From: Xylographa opegraphella
Taxonomy: Eukaryota
Assembly: GCA_022813865.1 (NCBI GenBank)
Contig: JALDZX010000017.1
Coordinates: forward strand, 372,001-407,160
Reading direction: 5' to 3'
Length of the DNA stretch: 35,160 bases
Below, in pieces: positions 22,388 through 34,386 of this stretch; position 1 is the stretch's first letter; each line of letters opens with the position of its first letter. The position numbers and the translations under genes are program-made. The notes under the pieces were generated by a model. That model was given only the letters and a program-made list of their open reading frames with translations, searched no databases and was not told where the DNA came from.

Positions 22388-22737
22388 TTAGTCTGCCAAA
22401 TCGGATTCGGCGCTTCCATTCCTCGCCTTGTCGCCAGCTTTCCTGAGCTCCTTGATCACGACCTACATTTGACGTATCAGCTGGTGTAGACCCAAGCCTC
22501 CTGGAATGACCGCACCGCCAATGCTTCGGGGTCGACCCCGTTTTCGATGAGCGAGACGCTTAGTGACAGCTGGGTACGGTTGAGCTTCGTGTTCTAGAGA
22601 GCATTTGATAAGTATACGCTTTGAGTAGACCAGTATCATAATCATGGCCGTACCAGCAGGAGTGAGATCTCCTGCAATACATCAATGACTTCTTTGGCGG
22701 CTTCGCGCTTCTGCTGGAGCTCCTCGGTGGTGGGCAT
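22388..22737 (-). CDS. MZT1: Mitotic-spindle organizing protein 1 (MOZART1, gamma-tubulin complex; 78 aa)
   Basis: Not in the ORF track. Exons 22737-22654, 22593-22516, 22462-22388 give MPTTEELQQKREAAKEVIDVLQEISLLL|NTKLNRTQLSLSVSLIENGVDPEALA|VVIKELRKAGDKARNGSAESDLAD*. This matches the MOZART1 signature LxEISxLLNTxL...LIENGVxPEALAxVIxEL; both introns are GT-AG and phase 0. Confidence 0.93.
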
Positions 22738-23191
22738 CGCCAGGTCGAGTAGATGGACTAGTGACAGTACGGAGTAAGATGACTGACGAAAGGAATACTT
22801 CAAGATCGCACCCGAGTGGATGCTCAGTGATGGCTAGCGTGACAACGGGGAGGTTACGATTTTGGCTTCCCGTCCCGTCGCATCGGACTTTAGCGTGCCG
22901 AACTTCGTCCCGTTGCATTCCTCGGTTTTAAGAGTAGCGTGGCTCCGTGGCCGAGGGGGGTGAAGTGTGGTGGCCGTCATAAGCAATAATCAAATCTTCA
23001 CGTCCTCACCTGAGATTGCTACAAGATATCCCTCTTATCTCTTTCCCTCCTCCCTTCCTCTTTCTCATGCAATGTCCCCGTACTGTTCAATACCTTAGGG
23101 TATCTTCATACATCTCGTTGGCCAGCAGGGAAAGATTCTTACAGCTATCATTGTTTGCACGCTGCTCTGGATAAGAAAAGGCTACATCGCT

Positions 23192-24700
23192 ATGGACCTA
23201 TCCCAGAATGATGATGCGGAGAAAAGCGGTACACCCTCCGATAGTCAATCGCCTGAAGAAGATGCCCCAGCGTCAATACATGCATCAAAACCACCGATAT
23301 CACTGCCAAGGGAAATAGCCTTCGTCATTATCGTGTGTTTGGCTCAACTGCTCACTCAAGCAGCCTTGGGGCAAGCCATAGCTCCTCTCCACATCATTGC
23401 CACTAGCTTTGGCAACCCAAGTCCTGGTGAATTGAGTTGGTTTGCCGCTGGGTACTCTTTGACGGTCGGTACCTTCATCCTTGTGGCTGGGCGGCTAGGA
23501 GATATCTTCGGCTACAAAAATCTTTTTCTACTGGGATGGCTGTGGTTCTCGCTCTGGTCACTCATAGCTGGTCTTAGCGTGTATGCACATTCGGAGATCT
23601 TCTTCGACTTCTGTCGTGCAATGCAAGGCGTGGGACCGGCTGTGCTGCTTCCAAATGCTCTGGCTCTTCTTGGACACACCTATCCCCCGGGAATGCGGAA
23701 AGACATGATCTTCGCTTTGTTCGGCGCTACGGCCCCTGGGGGATTCGTAATTGGGACCGTGTTTTCCAGTCTTCTTGCTGAACGAGCAACATGGCCGATA
23801 GCCTATTATTGCATGGCCATTGTCTGCTTCCTGGGGGCATTGTGCGCCATGTTCATAGTACCCAACCCAAAGAAAGACCATAATGGTCCTCAGAAGGACA
23901 ATTCGTTCGACTTTACAGGGGCGATGGTCGGCATTGCCGGCTTGGTCCTCTTCAATGTCGCCTGGAATCAAGCGCCTAGTGTGGGATGGGGGACCCCGTA
24001 CGTGATTGTACTCCTCATCCTCGGTTTGATCTTGATCATCGCTTTCTTCTTTATCGAAAGAAGAGTCAAACAGCCGCTGTTACCTCTCGACGCTCTTTCC
24101 GGAAATGTTGGATTTGTTCTAGGATGCATCGCGCTAGGATGGTCAAGCTTCGGGATTTGGTTGTATTATTTCTGGCAGTTCCTCGAGGTCCTTAGGCAAG
24201 AACCGCCACTACTTGTTGCGGCTCACAATGTTCCTTCAGCTGTTTCTGGCCTGTGTGCTTCAGTGACCACTGGCTTTCTCCTTTCGCGCATCGCAACATC
24301 ATGGATAATGGTTATTGCCATGTGCGCATTCTTCACAGGAGCTACCCTCTTAGCGACAATGCCGGTCGACCAGAGCTACTGGCTGCAAGCCTTTTTCGCT
24401 ACCGTAATTGCACCCTGGGGAATGGATATGAGCTTTCCGGCGGCTACAATAATACTGAGCAATTTTGTGGCTCCTGAGCATCAGGGAATCGCCGCCTCTC
24501 TGGTGACCACTATTGTGAACTACTCCATATCCATAGGGCTCGGCATTGCAGGGACCGTGGAAAGTAAGGTTGATTCTGGGGGGACAAACAACCTTAACGG
24601 GTATCGAGGAGCACTATATTCGGGCATGGGTTTAAGCGGATGCGGTATTTTGCTTTCGATATATTTTGTCATGCATGAGCAAAGATTGAAGCGAAAATAA
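23192..24700 (+). CDS. MFS transporter, DHA2 family (Atr1/Amf1-like, ~14 TM; 502 aa, intronless)
   Basis: Motifs SWFAAGYSLTVGTFILVAGRLGDIFG, RAMQGVGPAVLLPNA, FGATAPGG, GMDMSFPAATIILS and HQGIAASLV are typical of the Atr1/YOR378W group. Confidence 0.92.
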   Translation: MDLSQNDDAEKSGTPSDSQSPEEDAPASIHASKPPISLPREIAFVIIVCLAQLLTQAALGQAIAPLHIIATSFGNPSPGELSWFAAGYSLTVGTFILVAGRLGDIFGYKNLFLLGWLWFSLWSLIAGLSVYAHSEIFFDFCRAMQGVGPAVLLPNALALLGHTYPPGMRKDMIFALFGATAPGGFVIGTVFSSLLAERATWPIAYYCMAIVCFLGALCAMFIVPNPKKDHNGPQKDNSFDFTGAMVGIAGLVLFNVAWNQAPSVGWGTPYVIVLLILGLILIIAFFFIERRVKQPLLPLDALSGNVGFVLGCIALGWSSFGIWLYYFWQFLEVLRQEPPLLVAAHNVPSAVSGLCASVTTGFLLSRIATSWIMVIAMCAFFTGATLLATMPVDQSYWLQAFFATVIAPWGMDMSFPAATIILSNFVAPEHQGIAASLVTTIVNYSISIGLGIAGTVESKVDSGGTNNLNGYRGALYSGMGLSGCGILLSIYFVMHEQRLKRK

Positions 24701-25203
24701 GGATGGATGGCAAGAGTAGTAGCAGTATTAGCCCACCACTGCAACTGTACGATGTTGTCCCTGCGGCGATTGAGATTGAAATGTCTTGATAGAAGAGCTT
24801 CAACTGTAGTTATTGGCCATCTCCACTAGGATAAATGGTTTCATAAATTTTTTAATCTAGAGTGAATCGATCCATTTGAAACCCACTTTGATCATTTTGT
24901 AGTTATCATATAATCCAGCTGTCTTGATTAGCTAGTCATCTTTATTAGATAGAAAGCACAACCCCAACGATCATCAGCTGGCGCTTCCATCGGCTAGTTA
25001 GTGTTGACGCTTAAAGGGTGGCCGAGGCAATAATGCGCACAGCCACAACGATGTCATTCCCGGTCTCGCCCCAGGATCGACTTCAAACATGTGACCAGCC
25101 CTGCACAGCATGCTTCCAAGGACTACAACAGCATATTTAGAAATTGAATCCTTTCTTTGTGAACCGATGCAGCAACTCATCTGTGTTGTCCTACCTTAGC
25201 CTA

Positions 25204-27526
25204 ATGAGCCATTATCTCTCCACATTCCTCTATGAACCTATTGCACGACAAGCTCGACGCTTTTCCAGTCCACACATTACCGACCCTGTGCAAGACCTCA
25301 CCACTGACCATGGCGGCGAGACGAACGGACGCCTCAGAATTTACGAAGAGGAGGATAGCTCAGCTCTAGATATCGACGGTAACAATGAAATGTCCACGAT
25401 ATCGGACCAGCCACTAGTGCTATCTCCCACGAGCGAAGACGGCGGATTGGAAGAAGCGCTTCAAACTCTACAACACAATGAGCTGGGCACCAGTCCCTTC
25501 GATAGAGGCTCAACAGCCTCGTCAGAGCAAACAGTGGATGCCTCAAGATTGGACGGCACGTCACTTCAGACACTCCATCGAGAAGATCGTCCCCATCGCA
25601 CGACAGCCCGATTTCGCTCTGCCAATACTTCCATTTCGAGCTCTATGAACGACACGGGACTGGCACACAGTGGAAGCCCGTCCAGCTCGCGACGGAGCAC
25701 ACTTCAGGATGCTGTCGTTTCTGGCATCCAAAGCTATATGAATGACGGTGTACTTCCCGAGGATGATGGGATGAGGATCATGCGAAAAAAGATAATCGCA
25801 ATACAAAGCCAAGACATCTCAACTGCAGAAAAGTCACGACTCATGCATGAACTGATGATCCAACCTTATAGTTCGCATCATCCAAATCTCATGCTGCCCA
25901 ACTATCCTCGAAACCGCTCACCGGGTAGTTTTCGAAGTCAGGACAGACCGTTCACTCCCAGCTCTGGCTTGTCTATTAGTGATACCATGCACTCTTCTCC
26001 GCCCCAAACCTCGGCCTCATCGGTCGGAGATCAAGAAAATATATGCCAAGTCACATTGGAGGATCTCACACCAACTTATTGGATTTCACCTGTGACGCCT
26101 ACAGGAAGTATAATTACAAGCTATCCAACGACACGAGAGTCGGCGGAAACCCTCATGGGTCAGAATGTGCAGGATGATCAAGATCGCGACCTCGGCTGCG
26201 CGCACTACAAACGTAATGTGAAGCTTCAGTGTTCCGCTTGTTATCGTTGGTATACGTGTCGATTTTGCCATGATGAAGTAGAAGATCACTCATTGAATCG
26301 TCGTGAAACCAAAAACATGCTTTGCATGCTATGTGGATGTCCTCAACCTGCAGCTGAAGAATGTAAGGACTGCGGTGTACCCAGTGCTCGATATTATTGC
26401 GGAGTATGCAAGCTTTGGGATGACGACCCCCGAAAAAGCATATACCACTGTAATGACTGTGGGATTTGTCGAGTGGGCCAAGGGCTTGGGAAAGATTTTT
26501 ATCACTGTAAAGTAAGCGCATCATCATGTGTTCATTTCATACGCCTTGCTAATGAACTTTCAAGACCTGCTGTGTTTGTCTTGCTATTGAGATACGAGAT
26601 ACCCATCGATGTATCGAGCGGTCAATTGATTGTGATTGCCCCATATGCGGAGAATATATGTTCACCTCGCTCAAAACCGTTGTTTTTATGCGCTGTGGCC
26701 ATAGCATTCATCGTGAGTGCTACAACGAACACAGCAAAAGTTCTTACCGCTGTCCAATTTGTAGTAGAAGCATGATAAACATGGAGATGCAATTCAGGCA
26801 TCTAGATCGCTCAATAGAGAGCCAGCCTATGCCGGAGCAATTTCAGGACACTAAAGCGTGGGTGTATTGCAACGATTGCTCAGCCAAGTCAGAGGTCAAA
26901 TATCACTGGCTTGGGCTGAAGTGTGCAGTGTACGTTCGCCATATGTCCGTAATCTTAGGTCCGCTAATTTTATTCTCAGATGCGATTCATACAACACCGC
27001 ACAGATATCAATCATAGGCAATCCTCGATCTGTGTCAGGTATTGATATTCAGAACGATGGGAACTCTCAAATTCGGGATGATGTGGATCTTCTGCTGCCC
27101 GAAGCGGTCCAAGCTTTCTCGAGAGGCCGAACTTCGGGCAGGAATAGCTTGATCAGACGGCCCGCTACCTCCGCTACGGCTCTTGACGCGCTTCGCACAC
27201 GCCCGTCAGAAGTACGTCTGCGGGACGTGCACTCGGCTTCGCCGCCTGCGGGCGGCTGGATTGTGATTCCGGATGGTGGTGCACAGGCGCTTGCCCCTAC
27301 GGATGCAATGGACATGGACGACGAAGACGACGACGACGACGATGTAGATTTCTGGGGAGGCGAAAGTCCCCGGGACAGGGCCCTGTCAGCTGAACGCAGA
27401 GCCAGGGATGCTGCGACGATGGACGACAGCGATGACGACTCGGACGATTCGGACGAGATCATGGACGATGAATCGGAGGAGGAGGACGACGACGACGATC
27501 ACATGGATATATTTGGGCATCGCTGA
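25204..27526 (+). CDS. CHY zinc finger / RING-H2 / zinc-ribbon E3 ubiquitin ligase (Pirh2/RCHY1-like; ~739 aa)
   Basis: Exons 25204-26511, 26565-26929, 26980-27526. CHY domain GCAHYKRNVKLQCSAC..CRFCHD; CTCHY YHCNDCGICRVG; RING CPICGEYMF..CGHSIHRECY..CPIC; zinc ribbon CNDC..HWLGLKCAVCDSYNT; LPEDDGM motif; acidic tail ending DIFGHR. Confidence 0.93.
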
Positions 27527-27906
27527 ATGGCAGTCGAAGGACGGGAGCGTTCGAAGTGTGGGTCGTTGGGGTCGGGCACCTCTTGTATACAGCTAGCTGG
27601 AAATACCCATCCACCATTATACCTTAGGCATGGTAGAAGCTCAGGGGCTTTTCGGCCCTTTCAATTCCGATATTGAACATGATACGATACGTCTTGGAAT
27701 TACACGCCACGAAATAACAGCAGAAATGGTACATCAAAGACGTATGCTCCAAACCCGGTTAACAGAGACATGAGCCGCAAAGTGACGCTCGGTCACACCA
27801 TCCTCTATCGAGCTGTTCCATCACGTGCATCTCTGTAATACCCACGGAGAACAACGATCAATCCCTTTTCCTTCTTCCCCAGTTCCTGCCCCAGTTCCCC
27901 TCGCCA

Positions 27907-30038
27907 CTACCGGCCCTTGAGACCCGGGCTCTCGAACTCGTACCCAATAGCCTTGGTCTGCTCGGCCTTCTTCTCCCTCCTCTTCTTCTCAGTCTCGATC
28001 CTCTTTTCCCAAACCTCCCACCCAGCAGGAAGGTCCAGCTTGCGCCCTTCGATCTGGTTCCAGGGTACCTTCTTGAAGCGGCGATCGGCACCCTTCCACA
28101 GCGACGGATGCACCTGCTCCTTGGGCACGAGCTTGCACTTGAGGATGTGTCCGAACATGAGGTAGTTGTCCATGGTATTCGCGACAATCTTGGCGACCTC
28201 GGCGGAAGCGAATTCGAGAAAGGCATAGTGCTTCGAGTTCCCGGTTTTCTTGCTGCGAGACAAACGGACGTGATTGACGGTGCCGAATTGAGAGAAGTAG
28301 GAACGCATTTCGTGCTCGTGAAAACCATGTGGGATACGACTGTGGAGGTGTTAGTGATTCGGAGAAGTTACAATGGGACCGGACCGTCAGGGGTAAATAT
28401 CTTACCCAATGTAAACGACCCCTGGCTCTTCAGTTGCCTTTGCTTTCTTGAGCTTCGCGGATAGACCTCTCTTGTCCGGAAGCCCTGGAACCTCTTGCCC
28501 GCTTTCGAAACCCATCTCGTTCGGAGGCTCGTCACCATCTTCTTCTTCGCTCTCGAACCCCTTTAGTAATGCTGCGGTCTGATCATCCTCTTCGTCATCA
28601 TCTTCCTCGCCGCCTGCAAGCTCACTTGCGTCTTCCCCGTCCGGACCCTCGAGCTCTTCATCCGCAGGTGCAGGGTCGTCGTCTTTTGCTTTCCCCTTAC
28701 TCTTCTTTGCCGCTTTGGATGGCTTCTCCTTTTCATCCATTTTGGCGTCAACAACATCAGAGGCTGTTCCAGTGATATCTCCCATCAATGATTCACTTGC
28801 CTCGCCAGTTATCTCATTGATCAGGTTCTTCGCAGCGGTCATTCCATGCAAAGCAGCTTCCTTGCCAGAATTGATCAGACTGCCAACGATCTCACTAGCT
28901 TTCTCACTTATCTTCGCTTCCGACTTCTTTTGTTTCTTCTTGGAAGAGGCCGCTTCAGCCATCGGATCGAGGAGCTTAGACTTGATAGCATCAGAATCAA
29001 CATCAGCGGGTGCTTTACGCTTTCGCGTTCTGCTGCTTTCGGCTTTGGGAGCCTCTTCCGTATTACCGTTTATGTCAGCTTTATCGGTTGGGATATCGTC
29101 CTTCTTTGATGCCTTGGCTTGCTTATCAGGCTTAGTATTGGTAGAAGTCTTGTCGGAAGCCTTGCGCCCGCCTTTCTTGGGTGCCCCTTCAGTGGGACCT
29201 GCGGTTACCTCGGTGGGATCGATGGTCTTCTTAGCGCCTTTAGCTTTGGGGGCATTCTTCTTCTTTCCTGTTGTAGCAGCTGTGACTTCGATTTGTACGT
29301 CCAATGTTACAGGGTCATCGCCAATTTCAATGTCCAGTACCTTCCCCGGGGCAGATTCGTCCGTAGTTTTGGATAGCTTGGCTTTCTTCGAGGCCTTTGT
29401 CTTTGGTTTAGTAGTAGCCGGTTCTTCTTTAGGCTCGGCTGCATCAACAACAGCTTCCTTCATTTGCTCATCATCCTTCTTTGCCTTCGATTTCTTAGCT
29501 GGCTTCTTCGCGACCTCTTGATTCTTCGCTGAAGCTGCCTTTTTGGTTGTGCTAGGCTTCTTATCTTTACTCTTCTTCGTATCTTCGGGCTTGGTATGCT
29601 CGACCTCTTCAGGCTCCATCTCAACCATGTCACCTCCCGGGAAGGCTTTGGCAGTCTCAACCAGATGTCCGTCATCCTTGCTTGGCTTCACTTTATGCGG
29701 AGCTGAAGTTTTTGCTTTCTTTTTTGGCTTCTCCGCCTTCTTCTCCGTCGTAGGGCCCGCGGGTTCATCATCTTGCCCTTCAAAATAGTCCGCGGCGCGT
29801 TTACGCGACTTCGTCGCAGAAGCCGTTACATTTCCATTCTCGGCATTGTCAGTCTGGTTTTTGGCTCTGCGTGGCTTGGCGCTCTCCGAAGCTTTAGCTT
29901 TGGTTGAAGTGGCGGTTTTCGCAGCTGGTTTTGACGTCGCGTCTTTGACACACGAACGAGTTAGTATGATCTAACTACTGCGATGATAAATTTAACGATT
30001 ATACCTTTACGCGTCTTGTCTCTCGTGCCAGGTGCCAT
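27907..30038 (-). CDS. NOP15: Nop15/NIFK-like nucleolar RRM protein with a long Lys/Ala/Glu-rich N-terminus (~667 aa)
   Basis: Exons 30038-30005, 29942-28406, 28339-27907. RRM GVVYIG|RIPHGFHEHEMRSYFSQFG..RLSRSKKTGNSKHYAFLEF..TMDNYLMFGHILKC, followed by WKGADRRFKKVPW and GYEFE. Confidence 0.88.
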
Positions 30039-30128
30039 GATTGATGACAGTTCAACGATACTGCAGGTCGCTTGCGACAGGAATGTTGGTTGTTGTGCGC
30101 GAGAGCGGTTCTGGCGGCGGAAGTTATT

Positions 30129-30138
30129 TTGACGTCAA
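30129..30138. promoter_or_regulatory. CRE-type bZIP (ATF/CREB) palindrome TTGACGTCAA ~90 bp upstream of the NOP15 ATG
   Basis: Perfect 10-bp palindrome containing TGACGTCA, located in the presumed promoter. Function is not demonstrated. Confidence 0.35.
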
Positions 30139-30463
30139 TTCTTAGCGCCCTTTCTGGACCTTGTCAACATCACGCGACGGGTTCATCAAAGCAAATTCCT
30201 GGAGGACCGTGCGACATGAGTGTTGGAGATACTATGCTGAACTTATCGGCTATTACACGCTCCACCGCAGACACTCTGATCACGTCCTGGTCCCAATTGA
30301 ACGCTGAGCATTTTTAGGCATGATAGTAGTAATAAATAGATATCCAACTAGGCGAAATACCAGCTGCATTAAGTAGCATGCGCCATATGCAGCGCATACT
30401 TTCCTATCTATAATTGACATCCCAGATGGTATCCAGCACATATTCTCACTCTGCCATTCAGTC

Positions 30464-31359
30464 CTACCGCTTCTCCGCAGCGGCTGCCTCCCGCCTCAGC
30501 TCTCCAAGCACCTTCTCTCGCTCCGCCAGCGTCTTCCTCTCCTCCACAATCATGCTCTCCACCTGCTTGACTGCTTCCTTCAGCCTGTCTAACTCTCGGC
30601 CCTCCATCCGCAAGCTATATGGGGTCCCCTCCGTTGGAATCTCCGCACTCCTATCCCCACTCTTGATGGCCTTCGCGCCCTTTCCCTTGCCCCTACCTTT
30701 CTCGTTTGCTCTTCCGTCCCCTCCTCCGGAAGTCAAGATCTCCCACAGCCCCTCTACCGGTTCGTTGAAGCAAACCTCTTCGTAGCACCTGCTGCTCACT
30801 TCGCCCCCTTCTCTTCTGGTCTTCTCCCTCTCCTCCTCCGTACCACCATAAGGGTGAAGTTTCAGCTGGTGATATATACTGATGGGCTTCTCGCTTGCTT
30901 CAGGAACAAAGAATAGCTTAATGGCCACCTCAAATTCTCCCCAACCTGTCTCGGTGACCTCGAACGGTGGGGTTTCAATAGTGCGAAGGGATTGTGAGTA
31001 GGTTTCGTGGAGCTTGAATTGTACTTTGCGGAGCCAGTGCGTGATGTCATGGGATGGAGAGACAGGGCGAACGAAGATGGTCCATCGATGCGTGTGGTCG
31101 GGTGGAGTGTTGGCAGGGCGGGGAGTTGGAAGCGGAATTGCGATCGATCCGTAGACTAGTGAGACGATATAAGCTTCCGAAGTGCAAGACAGGAGGTCAG
31201 ATGGAAACATACCGAAAGGACGATAGATGCAGACGCCCTTGAAGCGGGGGGGTTTTTTAGAATATGGGCAGTATGACAACATGGCTGATGTAGAGTAACA
31301 GAAAGAGAGAAAATGGAAAGACATACCTTCACTCTCTTTGTTCCTGCCGGCGCAGGCAT
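30464..31359 (-). CDS. YAF9: YEATS-domain protein Yaf9 (NuA4/SWR1 subunit; ~249 aa)
   Basis: Exons 31359-31327, 31237-31213, 31155-30464. MPAPAGTKRVK|GVCIYRPF|VYGS; PPDHTHRWTIFV; KVQFKLHETY; PPFEVTETGWGEF; HQLKLHPY; C-terminal coiled coil. Confidence 0.95.
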
Positions 31360-32192
31360 TCTGTGGAGCTGCTATACACGCTCTTACCTGATTTCAAACG
31401 GGAAGTGGAATGAGCACTCGAAGATGGTTTAGAAGGGATATAGATTTTTCGACTTTGTAGGTACTAGTACCTAGTATGTAATACTCAATGTATGTTGGAG
31501 AACAGTGATCCGAGATCAGACAGATATGCAAATAGTCTATTTGTACGGCATGTCAAGATGTTGATTCCTCCAGGATGTAGGTAGCTTTTTATCACATGCT
31601 CGACCTTATCTCAAGGTTTAGAGTGAAGATTTACTGCAGGGGCCAAAGTTGACCCGCGTGGTCCGTGCTCCTATCCTGGTCTCGACTTATCACATACAAG
31701 TTTCATGCACGATACCTGTACTTCTTACATCAAAGACCCAATAATCAGAATCTAGAAATCGTCACTCGGACAACATCTGTATTACTGCAATCAATTAATG
31801 GTTCTTCCTTGTCCCATCCTTGGACATGCTTCCTACGAGCCAATCGGCTTGTCAGAGTGGGATCCTCGGGTATAGTTCTTGGGAAGCCAGAGGCGTCCAT
31901 ACAGATTCCTGTTCTTCAGTCCAATCGTCAGAACTAATCGGTGAGGTGTCAGATGTGGTGCTGATGGGGTATGATCGAATGAACTGTATGCATGTGTAGG
32001 TAGTTCCTACCACTCAGGACGCAAATCTTTGTTCCACATATATTCGGAGATAGGTAGATAAGAGTCGAAGCATTGTGGAGAGAGGTTTTCATGTATAGCA
32101 GTCACAGTTTCAGGATGGGACGCCGGCTTCAAGTTACGACAATGTTGGGATAATGTTGAGGTAACAGCTCATGAAACTAGGAATATCCTTGG

Positions 32193-33571
32193 TTATACCA
32201 TTGTGCTATCCGTCCTTGCCCAGCTCTTCTGTACCATGATGCCATTGAGTGGTGCTTCCGGCAGATCTCTCATTGGAATCGCGTAAGCAGTAGTTTTTGT
32301 ATCACTAGTCGAGCACGGTCCATCCGTATTGAGGCGTACAAAAGATGAATCGTCAAACTCGTGCTTGTGTTTTCTGCTTGACAGTTGTTCTCGTTGGGAT
32401 CCGGAGCCATGGATAAACGAAAAGGATAGCTTCCCTCGAGGACCACGTTTCATGGCTCGAGGTGATGTATCGAAGACGAGGGGCCGTAGCGTTGGGAGAC
32501 AAGCACCAATGATAACCAGGGCTGATTCTAGTGCAGTCCAATAGATAGGAGGACCAAGGTAATCTATATACCGTTAGAGCCTAGCTCAAACAACAGCAGC
32601 TCGTTCCTCGACTACTTACAGGTATAGTCGTCGCTACCACTATTTTGCTGTGCACCAGCTTGAGTAAACACAACAAGTCTAGCAATACTGGCGGCAAAGG
32701 TCCTGTGAGTGGTCAGTTGAAGTTGAATGAGTAGGATACTGCCACGCCTTACAATCCGCCAAGCAAAAACACTCCTATCAGACCAACCTTGAGGTGTGTC
32801 GCCATGTTTAATTTCCATACAATAGGCATGGGAATTGCCAGGACCAAAATGTCGATGATCACATCGGAAGCCGCACCCGCATAGAAGAGATCTAATTGAT
32901 TTATACAATGGACGGCAGGATTTGTTGGTTCAGTCAATGATAAACCGACAGGAACACAATTGAACACGATCGCGAGGCAGAATGCAAACATCCAAGCAAC
33001 GCAGAGGCCAATAGTTGCCCAATTGACAACAGAGAATATGGGTCCTCTGAAGAGTCGTTTATAGAAAAAGCATATACTACATTTGGTGAGGGCAATAGGG
33101 GCATATCCAACGACTTCTAGAACCAGCTGGCACTATATCAAAGCAGTCAATTGAAATGGCCAGGGCCTAGAACTCGCCTCTGCGGACTTACGACTTTGAA
33201 CAAGTATGACGGCGGAAGAGGTTCACCATTCGGTTCGAGTTGGATATGGTTCCCCAGATTTGCGTGAACGCACACTGCCAAGATACAAAGTTTAGGATCT
33301 TATGCCGCGGAGCCCGTTACAATCGGGTTTCGAATTACTCACATATGAGTATAGGAATAGATACCCCGGTAATGAATAGAAACTAGCAGCATCAGCTCGA
33401 TTCCTGAACGTATGTTCAGAGACCTACCAGCGAGACGAATATCAATATGTCGTCCGTTTTGATCTCGAGGTCTTTAACATAACGCGCCCACCATCGCAAT
33501 GCGCAAGAGATGATAGCGAGGACACTGAACACGACGGTGAGCGCTATGATCTCGCTACTCGATTGTTGCAT
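32193..33571 (-). CDS. Pth11-like 7-TM integral membrane protein (no CFEM domain; ~366 aa)
   Basis: Exons 33571-33428, 33382-33343, 33274-33192, 33132-32753, 32702-32620, 32563-32193, all GT-AG and frame-consistent. Motifs LRWWAR..DD, KCSICFFYKRLF, CVP, DVIIDILVLAIPMPIVWKLNM..K, ASIARL, W..LE...IIGACLPTLRPL. Confidence 0.9.
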
Positions 33572-33990
33572 AGTCTCTAATTGTGAGCGGGGAGGTACAA
33601 AAGCGTCTGCGGCAATCTAAACAAGAAGCTAAGTCGAGCCACTAAACAAATTGTGAAAGGCCATGAAGCCGCTTGTTCGTAACATTGCAGAAAAGGTGGA
33701 ATGTGCCGCGCAGTCAGTCCTGCGTGACCAATACCAGCAGCAGTGTGCTGGAGGTTTATCATTGAAGCAAAGTTGTATTGACTCAGCTGAGTCACAGATC
33801 ACGGGTGCCGAAAGTTCATCCACACGGCGTCGAGACAGAGCAGTGAGATGGTGTGCTTACCTGCACACAAGAGCAACGTTGCGCTGAAGAATAGCAGGGT
33901 TCCATGCTGCAGGTAGTCGGCCCACTTCTCCGCAAGAAGTTAATGACGACCATATTCCGTGCCGAATACCAGCTTCTGGGCCCCGTACCT

Positions 33991-34014
33991 TGAATCCTGA
34001 ATCCTGAATCCTGA
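33991..34014. repeat. (TGAATCC)3.4 tandem repeat
   Basis: TGAATCCTGAATCCTGAATCCTGA read directly; TGGGCCCC occurs on both sides (33977 and 34020). Confidence 0.85.
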
Positions 34015-34365
34015 TTGTTTGGGCCCCTGGGCCACAAATGAGAAGCTGCAGTTAGGTAGGCCTTGCGAATGAGCGGCCAATCCAGAGCATACTGCCCTCG
34101 CTACCTCAATCACTTTTGAGGTACAGCTCTATAAGCCTACGGGTTGAAATATTCCGTGGATTGATAACGAGGACTTGCATCTCCGCAAGCACATGTCTCC
34201 GGTTCTGCGCACCACGCACCACGACCAGCGGCAAGCCTACCTACATTCAGTGCTATCAGCACTCAGCGCGAGGCTTGGGCTGATGTGAGATCCAACAAGG
34301 CCCCCGGACCAAGCTTACAGTATGTGCGGTGTGTTCAGGTACAAACCGTGACTTGGTGTAGTTAC

Positions 34366-34386
34366 CATCATCATCATCATCATCAT
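34366..34386. repeat. (CAT)7 microsatellite
   Basis: CATCATCATCATCATCATCAT read directly. Confidence 0.9.

Noticed and set aside
28715..29521. 268-aa plus-strand ORF rich in S/F/L/A
   Set aside because: Antisense shadow of the Lys/Glu/Ala-rich NOP15 exon.
31780..32012. Intron-like signal (minus strand CTGAC...TAG) and a ~50-aa ORF between YAF9 and the Pth11-like gene
   Set aside because: No coherent reading frame across the putative junction and no homology recognised.
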